A DNA stretch of 64,000 nucleotides from Coriobacteriia bacterium. Its GTDB lineage: Bacteria; Actinomycetota; Coriobacteriia; Anaerosomatales; PALSA-660. Each line of letters opens with the position of its first letter. Position 1 is the stretch's first letter. The stretch spans positions 99,263 to 163,262 of the forward strand of contig JANYJF010000008.1 of NCBI GenBank assembly GCA_025361885.1. Reading direction: 5' to 3'. The position numbers and the translations under genes were made by a program. This document shows positions 45,589 through 55,725 of this stretch, in pieces. The notes under the pieces were generated by a model. It saw only the letters and a program-made list of their open reading frames with translations, did no database searches and had not been told where the DNA came from.

Positions 45589-46050
45589 TCAGTCGAACAG
45601 CGCGCCCTGGGTGGCGCCCCAACCGGACCCGACGCCATCGCCGATCTCCGAGCGCGTATCCATCGCTTCGTTCGCCAGCGTGTCCGCCAGTGTGTTGTCC
45701 GAACGCCGGACGTGGCATACCTCGATGCGTTCGAAGCGGCGCAGGAGCGCCGTCACCTTCGCATGTAGCGGCTTCATGTTCGGATGCTTCACCTTGTACA
45801 CGCCGTTGACCTGGCGCACCACGAGCTCCGAGTCGGCACACACCTTGAGCCGGCGCACCCCGTGATCGATCGCCGTCTCCAGTCCCCAGATCAGCGCCTC
45901 GTACTCGGCGACGTTGTTCGTCGTCTCGCCGAGGTATCGGCCGCCGCTGCGGACGACTGAACCATCCCCTGCTTCGATGACGAAGCCGGCAGCTGCCGGC
46001 CCGGGGTTGCCGCGCGCGCCTCCGTCGGTCCTGAGCGTGTAGCCAGCCAT
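45589..46050 (-). CDS. rnhA: ribonuclease HI family protein
   Basis: RTDGGARGNPGPAAAGF..., NNVAEYEALIWGL and DSELVVRQ (DEDD RNase H motifs). Confidence 0.85.
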   Translation of the reverse strand: MAGYTLRTDGGARGNPGPAAAGFVIEAGDGSVVRSGGRYLGETTNNVAEYEALIWGLETAIDHGVRRLKVCADSELVVRQVNGVYKVKHPNMKPLHAKVTALLRRFERIEVCHVRRSDNTLADTLANEAMDTRSEIGDGVGSGWGATQGALFD

Positions 46051-46051
46051 G

Positions 46052-46774
46052 CTAGACGTGGTCCTGCGGGACGATCAGGAGGCGCTGGCACGACGGGCAT
46101 ACGGCGATCGCGGGACCGGACTTCAACGCCAGGAGCCGCTCGCCGGGGAGCTCGATCCGGCATGCGGTGCAGCTTCGTCCTTCCAAGACTCCCACGGCGA
46201 TCCCGTGCTTGGTGTCCAGCAAAGAGGTGTACTTCTCGCGCAGGTCGACAGGCAGCTTGCCGGACAACGCCTGGCGTTCCTTCTTGAGCCGCTCGATCTC
46301 GGCGAGGAGCTCCGCGCCCTTGTTCTGGAAGTCGGCGAGCATGGCCGCCTCCTTGGCACGACCCACCTTGATGGCGGCCTGGATCTTGTCGCTCTGCTGC
46401 TGCGCAGCTTCGCGCTTCTCCATGGCCGCGAGGATCTCACCATCGATATGCTCACGCTGCTTGACCAGCGATGCGAGTTCCTTGGAAATGTTCTGGAGCT
46501 CCTTGGGGTTCGTGACCTCGCCGGATAGGAGCTTCGCCTGCTCGTGGTCGATCTTCTCGCTTATGCGGGCGGACTCGTCCTCGGACTTCCGCAGGGCCGC
46601 GTCCAGCACGTGCCCGACCTTCTCGGTCCTGGCGAGCAAGGTCTCGATCTCCGCGATCCTGTGACGGGCCGCGAGGATCGCGCGCTTCTCCGGCATCTCG
46701 TCGAGATGCTTGTGAGCACGCACCAGGCGCAGGTCTCTCGCTTGCAGCTCGAGCAGGATCTGGCTCACATCCAT
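46052..46774 (-). CDS. coiled-coil C4 zinc-ribbon protein (COG1579/DUF164 type)
   Basis: Start ATG 46774 (MDVSQILLELQ). Long coiled coil, then CTACRIEL...CPSCQRLL. Confidence 0.8.
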   Translation of the reverse strand: MDVSQILLELQARDLRLVRAHKHLDEMPEKRAILAARHRIAEIETLLARTEKVGHVLDAALRKSEDESARISEKIDHEQAKLLSGEVTNPKELQNISKELASLVKQREHIDGEILAAMEKREAAQQQSDKIQAAIKVGRAKEAAMLADFQNKGAELLAEIERLKKERQALSGKLPVDLREKYTSLLDTKHGIAVGVLEGRSCTACRIELPGERLLALKSGPAIAVCPSCQRLLIVPQDHV

Positions 46775-47901
46775 GCGGGGCCCTTCTGCCTCTGGGGAGT
46801 CCACCATTCGATGATGGGCTTCTCGTCCACGACCATCGCCGCACCGATCCCTTCGACCCCGCGAGCCACGCCCGCCAGCAGGGGCACATACGGCCACTCC
46901 GTGGCGTCATGGCCGCACTCGATCACCGCCAGCCCCGATGCAAGCGCATCCAGCGCATCATGATAGCGCAGCTCTCCGGTGAGCATGACGTCCGCGCCTC
47001 CCGCGAGCGCGTCTGCCACGAGGCCCCGACCGGATCCCGGCGCGGTCGCCACCAGCCGCACCTTCGTGTCAGCCGCACCCCACACCCGGGGTGTCACGCC
47101 GAACCTGCCGGCAACCTGCTCGGCCATCGAGCCCAGCGTCGCATCCACGGGAGCGACGCACAAACGTCCCATCCGAGCTGCGCCGAGGGACAGCTCGCCC
47201 TCGGTCGACAGGATCACAGGCTCCTCGTAGGGGTGCACGGATCTCGCGGCAGCGACCACATCCCGAGTGCTGCCGCGGGGCGCCATCACCTCGATGCGGA
47301 CCTCGTCGGTTCGTGATGCCCGCTCCCCCGCGCCAACGAGCGGGTCCGCCCCGGGCAGTGGGACGAATCGCCCTTCGCCTGAGGACAGGAACCCGCACGC
47401 AGCGTAATCGCCGACACGGCCCGCACCGGCGGCGTGCATCGCCGCCAGCACCACGTCCACAGCGCCCGGCGGCACATAGGTGACCACACGCGCGACCGGC
47501 ACTGACCCGCGCTCCAGCGGTGGGCCTGGCACGAGCCCCGCCGCGAGGGGCAGCGCATCGGCGCCCTCGGGGGCGCGATCGAGGTTGGTGTGGACGTTGA
47601 CCAAGGCCACCCCGGCTGCGGCCGCTGCGAACGGCACGCCCAGCATCCCCGCGCGCGGCACGATGGTCTCCAACGCTTCCAGAAAGGCCGGGTGGTGCGT
47701 CAGCAGAACGTTGCAGCCGGCGTCCGACGCGGCACGCAGCGCGCGCGGCGTCGGATCGAGCGTGCAGTAGACCCCACGCACCGCCGCATCCGGGTCCCCG
47801 ACGGCCAGACCCACGCGGTCCCACGGAAAGGCCCATGCGAAGGGCCAACGGCGGTCGAGAGCGGTCACCACGTCGCCCACGGTCGCGTGCTGTTCGCTCA
47901 C
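46765..47901 (-). CDS. Nif3-like dinuclear metal centre protein (GTP cyclohydrolase 1 type 2 family)
   Basis: LLTHHP, NVHTNLD and CGHDATE motifs. 378 aa with an inserted PII-like domain. Confidence 0.88.
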   Translation of the reverse strand: MSEQHATVGDVVTALDRRWPFAWAFPWDRVGLAVGDPDAAVRGVYCTLDPTPRALRAASDAGCNVLLTHHPAFLEALETIVPRAGMLGVPFAAAAAGVALVNVHTNLDRAPEGADALPLAAGLVPGPPLERGSVPVARVVTYVPPGAVDVVLAAMHAAGAGRVGDYAACGFLSSGEGRFVPLPGADPLVGAGERASRTDEVRIEVMAPRGSTRDVVAAARSVHPYEEPVILSTEGELSLGAARMGRLCVAPVDATLGSMAEQVAGRFGVTPRVWGAADTKVRLVATAPGSGRGLVADALAGGADVMLTGELRYHDALDALASGLAVIECGHDATEWPYVPLLAGVARGVEGIGAAMVVDEKPIIEWWTPQRQKGPAWM

Positions 47902-48701
47902 AACGGTACCTCCTCGGGGAGTCGGCCACGGAACACGACCAGGCTTCGATACCCGGCCGCCAGCAGCGCCTCACGGGCCTCGCCCATGCCGGCGCCGACC
48001 TCATCAGGCCTGTGCGCGTCGGAGCCGCAGGTGACGGGCACACCGCGACGGGCAGCGGCACGCAGGAACCCGGGTGCCGGGTACAGCTCAGCGCACGGCT
48101 TGCGTAGCCCCGCCGTGTTCATCTCGTATGCGACTCCCGCATCCGCCAGGACCTCCGCTGTCTGCTCGTACCAGCGAGCCGGATCCTCGCCGGGCAAGAA
48201 GCCGAACTTCTTGACAAGGTCCGGATGTGCCATCACGTCGAACAACCCGCTGCTCGCCGCATCAGCGAGGGTCGAGAAGTACCGGTCCCACAGTTTGCCG
48301 ATGTCCCAGTCGCTGTACCGGTCGGTCAGGTCCGGGTCGTCGAAGGCCCACCCGTCGATGAAGTGCACGGACCCCAGGACCATGTCGAGCGAGTGCTCCC
48401 TGGTCATCCGGCGGATCTCGGCATCGCCACCTTCGATCCAGTCGGCCTCGACGCCCAGCAGGACCTCCGGGCCGGAGAAGCGCGCGGAATCCGCCGCCAA
48501 GGCGCGGATGTCACGAACGTACTCGGGGAACTGCTCGGCGGGCATCGCGTATTCCAGGGCGTGCGGCGTGTCCACGGGAAGGGGCAAGTGGTCGGTGAAG
48601 CACAGCGTGGAGATCCCGGCGGCCGCTGCGGCATCCAGGTACTCCCGCGGCGTGCCTGTCGCGTGACCGCACCGCGACGTATGCATGTGCATGTCGATCA
48701 T
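47898..48701 (-). CDS. PHP-family histidinol-phosphatase-like hydrolase
   Basis: MIDMHMHTSRCGHA, FTDH and GSDAH metal motifs. Confidence 0.8.
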   Translation of the reverse strand: MIDMHMHTSRCGHATGTPREYLDAAAAAGISTLCFTDHLPLPVDTPHALEYAMPAEQFPEYVRDIRALAADSARFSGPEVLLGVEADWIEGGDAEIRRMTREHSLDMVLGSVHFIDGWAFDDPDLTDRYSDWDIGKLWDRYFSTLADAASSGLFDVMAHPDLVKKFGFLPGEDPARWYEQTAEVLADAGVAYEMNTAGLRKPCAELYPAPGFLRAAARRGVPVTCGSDAHRPDEVGAGMGEAREALLAAGYRSLVVFRGRLPEEVPL

Positions 48702-49750
48702 CGGGCCTCCTCGATCACGCCGCCGCCCACGACGACATCTCCATCGTACGCGACAAGGGCCTGGCCGGGAGCGACTCCCTCGACCGGCTCGTGCAGCTCG
48801 GCCGTCACGGCGCCGTGGTACAAGGACACGGTGGCGGCGACAGGTCGCGAACCATACCTGACCGCGACATCCAGTTCGGCCTCACACTCGTCGCCCGTCC
48901 ACACGACGTCGCGCACACTGATCCGACTCACCCGCAGACTCAGGCGAGGACCGACTGTCACAGTCGCCGAAGCCGGGTCCACGGCCGTCACATAGCGGCG
49001 CCCTTCTCCCCCGCCCACACCGAGACCGCGACGCTGACCCACCGTGAACGAAGGCGTGCCGCGATGGGTGCCGATCGGCTGGCCGGTCGCGTCGACGATC
49101 TCTCCCGGCACGAACGCCTCCGGCCGACGCTGGCGAAGGAAGGCGCCGACGTCACCGCCCGGCACGAAGCAGATCTCCTGGCTCTCAGCTCGATCGGCGG
49201 TCGGCAGACCGAACTCGCGCGCCAGCGAACGCACCTCGCGCTTCGCGAGATCGCCCACCGGGAACAGAGTGCGGTCGAGCTGGTCGCGGCTCATGCGGTA
49301 CAGGAAGTACGACTGGTCCTTCGAGGCGTCCAGGCCACGAGCGAGCCGGGACCGTCCGTCGCGACCGACGATGCGCGCGTAGTGGCCGGTCGCCAGGTAG
49401 TCGGCGTCCTGCAACGCCACACGGCGCCAGAGCTCCTCGAACTTGACGATGTCGTTGCACACGATGCAGGGGTTCGGCGTCCGCCCCGCGGCGTACTCTT
49501 CGCAGAACGGTTCGATCACAGCGGTCTCGAAGAACTCCCGGAAGTTCAGGGTGTAGTGCGCGATGCCGAGCGAGTCACACACCCGCTTCGCGTCGCGGGT
49601 GGCATCGACCGAGCAGCACCCGCCCTCAGCGTCCCCGCTCGGCCACAGCTGCATGGTGACGCCTGTGACGTCGTGACCCGCGCGCACGAGAAGAGCGGCT
49701 GCGACAGAAGAGTCGACACCGCCGCTCATCGCAACGAACACTCGGGCCAT
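48698..49750 (-). CDS. mnmA: tRNA 2-thiouridine(34) synthase
   Basis: VFVAMSGGVDSSVAA PP-loop, plus CNDIVKF and the catalytic Cys context. Confidence 0.92.
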   Translation of the reverse strand: MARVFVAMSGGVDSSVAAALLVRAGHDVTGVTMQLWPSGDAEGGCCSVDATRDAKRVCDSLGIAHYTLNFREFFETAVIEPFCEEYAAGRTPNPCIVCNDIVKFEELWRRVALQDADYLATGHYARIVGRDGRSRLARGLDASKDQSYFLYRMSRDQLDRTLFPVGDLAKREVRSLAREFGLPTADRAESQEICFVPGGDVGAFLRQRRPEAFVPGEIVDATGQPIGTHRGTPSFTVGQRRGLGVGGGEGRRYVTAVDPASATVTVGPRLSLRVSRISVRDVVWTGDECEAELDVAVRYGSRPVAATVSLYHGAVTAELHEPVEGVAPGQALVAYDGDVVVGGGVIEEAR

Positions 49751-49785
49751 GCGGCGTACGTCCTCTCCCGCGCGTGGCGTGGGGC

Positions 49786-50253
49786 CTACAGGTCGCAGGC
49801 TTCCTCGTGCTCGCCCTCGATGTCGCCGTGCGGATCGAAATCAGGGTTCTCGGACTGGATGTCGCCGCCGATCGGGTCACGCCCGTGGCGAGTGAGGTAG
49901 TCGTCGATGGCGACCTTCAGCCCGTCGGTGGCCAACACCGAACAGTGCATCTTCGCGGGAGGCAGGCCACCGAGCTCGTCGGCCACCTGCCTCTTGGTGA
50001 TGGCGGCCGCGTCGTGGATCTCCATCCCGCGCGCGAGCTCCGTGACGATCGAGGATGTCGCGATGGCTGCGCCGCACCCGAGCGTCTGGAACTTGATGTC
50101 ATCGATCTTGTCCGCGTCGTTGACCTTGATGGTGATCTTCATGACGTCGCCGCACACGGGGTTGCCGACCTCGCCGACACCGTCCGCGTCCTCGATGACG
50201 CCCACGTTGCGCGGGTTGTTGAAGTGGTCCATGACCTTCTCGGAATACAGCAC
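49786..50253 (-). CDS. iscU: Fe-S cluster scaffold IscU/NifU-like, with acidic C-terminal tail
   Basis: YSEKVMDHFNNPRNVG, NPVCGD, LGCGAAIA and KMHCS motifs. Confidence 0.9.
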   Translation of the reverse strand: MLYSEKVMDHFNNPRNVGVIEDADGVGEVGNPVCGDVMKITIKVNDADKIDDIKFQTLGCGAAIATSSIVTELARGMEIHDAAAITKRQVADELGGLPPAKMHCSVLATDGLKVAIDDYLTRHGRDPIGGDIQSENPDFDPHGDIEGEHEEACDL

Positions 50254-50297
50254 TGGTGTCGTCTCCTGTCGGTTCGGTGCGGGGCGTGGTCGTGTGG

Positions 50298-51500
50298 CTA
50301 GGACTCGTCGCCGAACATCTTGGCGTACACGGGGGACATCGCGCGAAGCCTCTCGACGATCGGCGGCAGGACCTCGATGAGGTACTCGACCTCTTCCGCT
50401 GTCGTGAAGCGTCCGAGCGATATGCGGAGCGATCCGTGCGCGAGTTCAGCGGGACAGCCGATCGCGAGCAGCACGTGGCTGGGCTCGAGCGAACCGGAGG
50501 AGCAGGCCGAACCGGTCGACACGGCGATGCCGCGGTTGTCGAGCTGCAGGAGCATCGACTCGCCCTCGACGCCCTTGATCACGATGTTCGCTATGTTCGA
50601 CGTGTGCGACGCGGCGTCCATCGTGCCGTTGACCATCGTGTTCGGCATCGATCCTGTGATCCCGGCGACCACGCGGTCGCGCAGCGCGGTCAGACGCACC
50701 GTCTCCGCCGGCAAGTCCTCCAGCATCAGCTCGAGAGCCTTGGCGAAGCCTACGATCCCGGCGACGTTCTGGGTGCCGCTGCGCTTCTTGGACTCCTGGC
50801 CACCGCCGATGAGCAGCGGCTCGAACGGAGTCCCACGCTTCAGGTACAGCGCGCCGACGCCCTTGGGACCGTAGATCTTGTGTGCGGAGAACGACGCGGC
50901 GTCGATACCCACAGCGGCGGCGTCGAACGGGACCTTGCCGATCGACTGCACGGCGTCGGTGTGGAAGTAGCCACCGACCTCGTGCGTGACCGCGGCGAGC
51001 TCGGCGATCGGGGCGATGGTCCCTATCTCGTTGTTCACGTGCATGATCGACACGAGCACGGTCTCGTCGCTCACGACCGCTCGCAGGTCCTCGGGATAGA
51101 CCAGGCCGTCTTCGCGAGGCTTGAGGTACGTGACATCGAAGCCCTGCTTCGACAGCAGCTTCGCCGGCTCGAGGATGCCCTTGTGCTCGATGGCCGAGAC
51201 GACCACGTGCCGGCCCTTGCCCTTCGCCATGCCGGCGTGGGCGATGCCCAGCACGGCCGAGTCGTCCGACTCGGTGCCGCATCCGGTGAAGATGACCTCA
51301 GTCGGGTTGGCCGCACCGATTCCGGCCGCGAAGGACTCGCGTGCGGCCTCGAGCACCCTGAACGCGTCGCGGCCTTGCCGGTACAGGCTGTTCGGGTTGC
51401 CCCAACCCTCGGTCCAGTGCGGCATCATCGCGTCGATCACACGCTGATCGACAGGCGTGGTCGCCGAGTAGTCCAGAAATGCGCTGCGTTCCGTCTCCAC
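50298..51500 (-). CDS. nifS: cysteine desulfurase (NifS/IscS)
   Basis: PLP-lysine context SFSAHKIYGPKG and the catalytic loop STGSACSSG. Confidence 0.92.
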   Translation of the reverse strand: METERSAFLDYSATTPVDQRVIDAMMPHWTEGWGNPNSLYRQGRDAFRVLEAARESFAAGIGAANPTEVIFTGCGTESDDSAVLGIAHAGMAKGKGRHVVVSAIEHKGILEPAKLLSKQGFDVTYLKPREDGLVYPEDLRAVVSDETVLVSIMHVNNEIGTIAPIAELAAVTHEVGGYFHTDAVQSIGKVPFDAAAVGIDAASFSAHKIYGPKGVGALYLKRGTPFEPLLIGGGQESKKRSGTQNVAGIVGFAKALELMLEDLPAETVRLTALRDRVVAGITGSMPNTMVNGTMDAASHTSNIANIVIKGVEGESMLLQLDNRGIAVSTGSACSSGSLEPSHVLLAIGCPAELAHGSLRISLGRFTTAEEVEYLIEVLPPIVERLRAMSPVYAKMFGDES

Positions 51501-51518
51501 GTCCGGTCCCTTCCCTCT

Positions 51519-51959
51519 CTATGCCTGTGAGGCGTCGACGCCCTGCGCGTCTATGGACGCCTGCGCGCCGGCGAGGTCCGCCAGCGTGGTGGTGTCGAAC
51601 ACGTCCCTGAGCGCTGCCGTCGCACGGTTCCAGACCGTGGCCGCTGCGCACATCTGGCTTCGCGCACATAGGGAGCCGCCATCGCACGCGGTCGGCTTGA
51701 GGGGTCCTTCGAGCGCTTCGACGACCTCAAGGACGCTTATCTCCGAAGGCGTGCGTTCCAACACGAAACCGCCGCGGGCGCCGCGCATCGCCGTCACGAG
51801 CCCGGCCTTGCGCAACGACACGAAGAGCTGCTCCAGGAACTTCGGGGGGATCGACTGGCGCTCCGCGATCTCGCGGGCGCTGATCGGGCCCAGGCCCCAG
51901 TGAGCAGCTAGGTCGATCAGCGCAAGCAGGCCGTACTCGCTCTTCGCTGTCAGCCGCAC
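51519..51959 (-). CDS. Rrf2-family transcriptional regulator (IscR/CymR-like)
   Basis: MRLTAKSEYGLLALIDLA...ISAREIAERQSIP. GTG start 9 nt after GGAGG. Confidence 0.88.
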   Translation of the reverse strand: MRLTAKSEYGLLALIDLAAHWGLGPISAREIAERQSIPPKFLEQLFVSLRKAGLVTAMRGARGGFVLERTPSEISVLEVVEALEGPLKPTACDGGSLCARSQMCAAATVWNRATAALRDVFDTTTLADLAGAQASIDAQGVDASQA

Positions 51960-52016
51960 GTCCGCACCTCCGCATCACACCTGGTCGCAATCCCTACCTA
52001 AACGGTATGGTATGCA

Positions 52017-52045
52017 ACCTTAGTGCCAGCACAGGCGGGTGTCAA
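52017..52045 (-). promoter_or_regulatory. promoter TTGACA-17 nt-TAAGGT of the rrf2-nifS-iscU operon, followed by TACC-N5-GGTA inverted repeat
   Basis: -35 at 52040-52045 and -10 at 52017-52022 (minus strand). A TACCGTTTAGGTA palindrome lies just downstream and is a possible Rrf2 operator. Confidence 0.55.
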
Positions 52046-52109
52046 CTCGGAACAAAGGCAGGACCGTCGCCGCGGTCGCGCCACAGGACGACGCAGGTCC
52101 GCGCAGGTC

Positions 52110-52826
52110 TCAGTAGTCGAGCGCTTCCATCCCCGGCGTGTCCATCGCCCGCATCACCGAGAGGATCTCTCCCACATCGATGTTCGCCGCGGGGGTGAGA
52201 AGCACGAGCGACTTCGCGTGGTCTATGGCGCCCGTGGAATGCAGGCGCTCGACCTCGAGCAGGTTGTCGAAGGAGATGACACGCATCACGTAGTACAGCT
52301 GCCCCTGACGGATCGCCACCTTGAAAACGTCGGCGGACTGCTGGCCGTCGACGACGAAGAGGGCGGTGGAATCGGGACCCGCGAGCGATTCCCGATGCGC
52401 CGCTATCTCGGCCACGAAATGGCTGGCCGCGGCGAACGATACCGGGCGATCGATGCCTCGCGTGAGTATGGTCAGGCTCGTGGGCGAGCGCCACAGCCCG
52501 TCCGGCGACGCGTCGAAACCCAGGGCATCCCCGATGCGGGAGACCCTGCCCCGGAATTCCCGCCGGTGGCGGTCATCCATCTCATCGCGAGCGGTCGGCG
52601 GGGCCAACACCACATCCGGCATGGCCTGTTCCGCGGCCAGTCTCTGCGCGCGGATGTCTTCCGGGGTCCCGAGTTCGCGGACATTCGTGGTCAGTGCCAT
52701 GCCCGCGTCCATGGTCAGCAACTCAGCCAACCGGGGATTGCTCACCTCGAGCTTGAGGCCGAAGACGTCGAGGACGGCGAAGCGCCCCTTGTCGAGTGGC
52801 GATCCAGGATCCTCGGTGCTGGTCAT
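52110..52826 (-). CDS. hypothetical protein (238 aa), no recognisable family
   Basis: GC3-biased frame. ATG 52826 lies 12 nt after GGAGG; the ORF extends to 53012. Confidence 0.55.
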   Translation of the reverse strand: MTSTEDPGSPLDKGRFAVLDVFGLKLEVSNPRLAELLTMDAGMALTTNVRELGTPEDIRAQRLAAEQAMPDVVLAPPTARDEMDDRHRREFRGRVSRIGDALGFDASPDGLWRSPTSLTILTRGIDRPVSFAAASHFVAEIAAHRESLAGPDSTALFVVDGQQSADVFKVAIRQGQLYYVMRVISFDNLLEVERLHSTGAIDHAKSLVLLTPAANIDVGEILSVMRAMDTPGMEALDY

Positions 52827-53152
52827 GGCTTCTCCGACCTCCGGCTCTTGCGCAGCCCGCACGGGCTGCTCCGCGCTCAATGATACCCTACGAGGTGCCG
52901 GCGGGAGCGTGCCCTTGAGAGCGGACGGTACCATCGCGGGTAGAGGGCCCCCCGGCGCCTCACAGCGGCCGTTCGCGGCGTCCGAACATCCGTCCGGCTG
53001 AACGCTTCTCACACCTATTGCGGCCGCCTTGATGCGGTGCTAGATTCATCTCCCCCGCACGCGGCCGGGAGGGCAGCGTGTCAGGGACCAGCATCGTAGG
53101 CAATCCATGGTCGATAGCGACAGGGTCGCGAGGACCCGCTGGATTCCAAGTT

Positions 53153-53189
53153 GAAGACCCCATCCCCGGTCATCGGGGGTGGGGTCTTC
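53153..53189 (-). terminator. hairpin terminator after ribH
   Basis: GAAGACCCCACCCCCG-AUGA-CCGGGGAUGGGGUCUUC, about 22 nt after the ribH stop, with a weak U tail. Confidence 0.55.
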
Positions 53190-53211
53190 CACATCGATGA
53201 GATGTGCGGTG

Positions 53212-53676
53212 CTACTTCATCTCTTTGAGCAGGTTGGCCATCTCGATGGCGGACCCCGCGGCGTCCCATCCCTTGTTGCCGTGCTTCGTGCCCGCGCGCT
53301 CCACGGCCTGCTCGATCGAGTCCGCCGTCACGACGCCGAAAGCCACCGGGACACCGGTATCCAACGACGCCTTCGCCACTCCCTTGGATACCTCTGCCGC
53401 GACGTACTCGAAGTGCGGGGTCGCTCCGCGGATGATGACGCCGAGCGCGATGACGGCGTCGTGGGCGCCGGACTTCGCCATCTTGGCCGCCACCAGCGGG
53501 ATCTCGAACGCTCCCGGCACCCACGCCACCGAAACGTCCGCGTCATCCACACCGTGGCGCGCCAGGCTGTCCAGCGCTCCGGACAGCAGCCGGCCGGACA
53601 GCAGCTCGTTGAAGCGGCTGACGACGATACCGACCTTGAGTCCGCTGCCGATCAGGTTGCCTTCATACGTCTTCAT
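53212..53676 (-). CDS. ribH: 6,7-dimethyl-8-ribityllumazine synthase
   Basis: Start ATG 53676 ([23 protein letters not shown]). VPGAFEIP motif. Confidence 0.92.
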   Translation of the reverse strand: MKTYEGNLIGSGLKVGIVVSRFNELLSGRLLSGALDSLARHGVDDADVSVAWVPGAFEIPLVAAKMAKSGAHDAVIALGVIIRGATPHFEYVAAEVSKGVAKASLDTGVPVAFGVVTADSIEQAVERAGTKHGNKGWDAAGSAIEMANLLKEMK

Positions 53677-53732
53677 GTCATACCTCCGGATCTCGGGGAC
53701 GCATCTCATGCCGCCATGTGCGAAGCGGCGAC

Positions 53733-54983
53733 CTAGGGCTTCAGAGCACGTCCCGCGTCAGGCAGGTCGAGCTCGTGGTGCATCTTCTCCTTCTTGGTGC
53801 GCATGTAGTCGATGTTCTCGGGGCGGGCACACACCTGCAGCGGTACCTGCTCCGTGACGTGCAGGCCGTAGCCTTCCAGACCGACGATCTTGGTGGGGTT
53901 GTTGGTCATCAGGCGCATCGTGGTGAGTCCCAGGTCGCTCAGGATCTGCGCACCGATGCCGTAGTCGCGCAGGTCGGGTGCGAAGCCCAGTGCCACGTTC
54001 GCCTCCACAGTGTCCGCCCCCTGCTCCTGCAGCATGTACGCCTTGAGCTTGTTGGCCAGCCCGATGCCTCGCCCTTCGTGACCGACGATGTACAGGATGA
54101 CGCCACGCCCCTCCGCCTGGACGGCCCGCATGGCCTCCTCGAGCTGCTCTCCGCAGTCGCAGCGCAGCGAGTGGAAGACGTCGCCGGTCAGGCATTCGGA
54201 GTGGACGCGGACCAGCACATCCTGCGCGCCGTCGACCTCGCCGGCCACGAGCGCGACGTGCGTCCACCCGTCGACGAGCGACGTGTACCCGTACGCGGTG
54301 AAGTCGCCGTACCGGGTCGGAAGATCGACGGTCGCGACCAGTTCGACCAGGTGCTCGGTGCGACGCCTGTGCCGGATGAGGTCCGCGACGGTGACCATCT
54401 TCAACCCATGCATGACGGCGACCACTTCGAGTTGAGGACGCCGCGCCATCGTGCCGTCGTCGTTCAGGATCTCGCAGATGACGCCCGCCGGCGTCAGTCC
54501 CGCGAGCCTGGCAAGGTCGACCGCGGCCTCGGTATGGCCGGAGCGCTCGAGCACTCCGCCGGCCTTGGCGCGCAGCGGGAAGACGTGGCCGGGCATCGAG
54601 ATGTCCTCGGGTCTCGTCGCGGGGTCGATCGCGGCTAGGATCGTCTCCGCCCGGTCCTTCGCGGAGATGCCGGTCGTGATCCGGCCTTTCGCCCCGATGG
54701 AGACGTGGAAGGCGGTGCCCTGCTCGGACGTGTTGGTAGCCACCATCGGCTGGATGTGCAGAGCGTCGAGCCGCTCGCCGCGCATGGGCAGGCAGATCAG
54801 GCCGCGTCCGTAGCGCGCCATGAAGTTGATCGCCTGGGGCGTCACCTTCTCGGCCGCCATGACGAAGTCGCCTTCGTTCTCACGGTCTTCGTCGTCGACC
54901 ACGATGAGCATGCGGCCAGCGGCGATCTCGGCGATGGCCTCGTCGATCGTGGCGAAGGGGCTGCGCTCGCTCACGCTGGTCAC
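53733..54983 (-). CDS. ribBA: bifunctional 3,4-dihydroxy-2-butanone-4-phosphate synthase / GTP cyclohydrolase II
   Basis: [10 protein letters not shown] (RibB) and [18 protein letters not shown] (RibA zinc site). Confidence 0.92.
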   Translation of the reverse strand: MTSVSERSPFATIDEAIAEIAAGRMLIVVDDEDRENEGDFVMAAEKVTPQAINFMARYGRGLICLPMRGERLDALHIQPMVATNTSEQGTAFHVSIGAKGRITTGISAKDRAETILAAIDPATRPEDISMPGHVFPLRAKAGGVLERSGHTEAAVDLARLAGLTPAGVICEILNDDGTMARRPQLEVVAVMHGLKMVTVADLIRHRRRTEHLVELVATVDLPTRYGDFTAYGYTSLVDGWTHVALVAGEVDGAQDVLVRVHSECLTGDVFHSLRCDCGEQLEEAMRAVQAEGRGVILYIVGHEGRGIGLANKLKAYMLQEQGADTVEANVALGFAPDLRDYGIGAQILSDLGLTTMRLMTNNPTKIVGLEGYGLHVTEQVPLQVCARPENIDYMRTKKEKMHHELDLPDAGRALKP

Positions 54984-55657
54984 TTTCCGTCCGTCAGGTC
55001 GCGCAGCAGGTCGGACAGTCCGCGCCGCGGAGCGCCTTTCACCGCTTCGCCGGGCTCGTGGCCTCCCATGTACTGCATGACGTACCGGCGCACGTACTTG
55101 GCCATCAGGTCGACCTCGACGTTCACTCCCCCGCCGACAGGTTTGTCCTTCAGTGTGGTGACCTCCTCGGTGTGCGGGATGACCGCCGCGGTGAATCCGT
55201 CATCGGTCAGGTCCATGACCGTCAACGACGTGCCGTCGACTGCGACGGACCCCTTCTCGACCAGGAATTCCCGCAGCTCCGTCGGGACCGCGAACCTGTA
55301 GACGGTCGAGTTGCCGGCGGCCTGCCTGTTGACCAACGTGCCGACTCCGTCTATGTGGCCCGAGACGATATGGCCGCCCAGGCGGTCCGAGAAACGCAAC
55401 GCGCGCTCGAGGTTGACCTTCCCACCCTGGCGAAGAGAACCGAGCGTCGTGCGGCGCACGGTCTCGTCACTCACGTCGGCCAGGAACGCGCCGCGAATGA
55501 ACTTGGTGATCGTGAGGCAGGCGCCGTCGATGGCTACCGAGTCGCCGATCGCCATGTCGCGGCCGAAGTCGGGTGCATAGACCTCGACGCGCAGCCCGCC
55601 GGCGATCCGGTCCACGCGCGTGATGATGCCTTCGCTTTCAATGAGTCCGGTGAACAT
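54980..55657 (-). CDS. ribE: riboflavin synthase alpha chain
   Basis: Start ATG 55657 ([12 protein letters not shown]). Duplicated GDS(V/I)A(I/V)DG(A/T)(C/S)LT motif. Confidence 0.9.
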   Translation of the reverse strand: MFTGLIESEGIITRVDRIAGGLRVEVYAPDFGRDMAIGDSVAIDGACLTITKFIRGAFLADVSDETVRRTTLGSLRQGGKVNLERALRFSDRLGGHIVSGHIDGVGTLVNRQAAGNSTVYRFAVPTELREFLVEKGSVAVDGTSLTVMDLTDDGFTAAVIPHTEEVTTLKDKPVGGGVNVEVDLMAKYVRRYVMQYMGGHEPGEAVKGAPRRGLSDLLRDLTDGK

Positions 55658-55725
55658 CCTTATGGCTCCTACTCCCTGGCCCGCACACACCCGCTTCGGC
55701 CCGTCATCACTGCCTTCGCGGCTCT

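Noticed and set aside
45589-46050. Retron or reverse-transcriptase association of the structured RNAs with the neighbouring RNase H-fold gene
   Set aside because: The protein is a plain 153-aa RNase HI with DEDD residues and no RT palm motifs. It is on the opposite strand, in a conserved Nif3/Zn-ribbon/RNase H neighbourhood.
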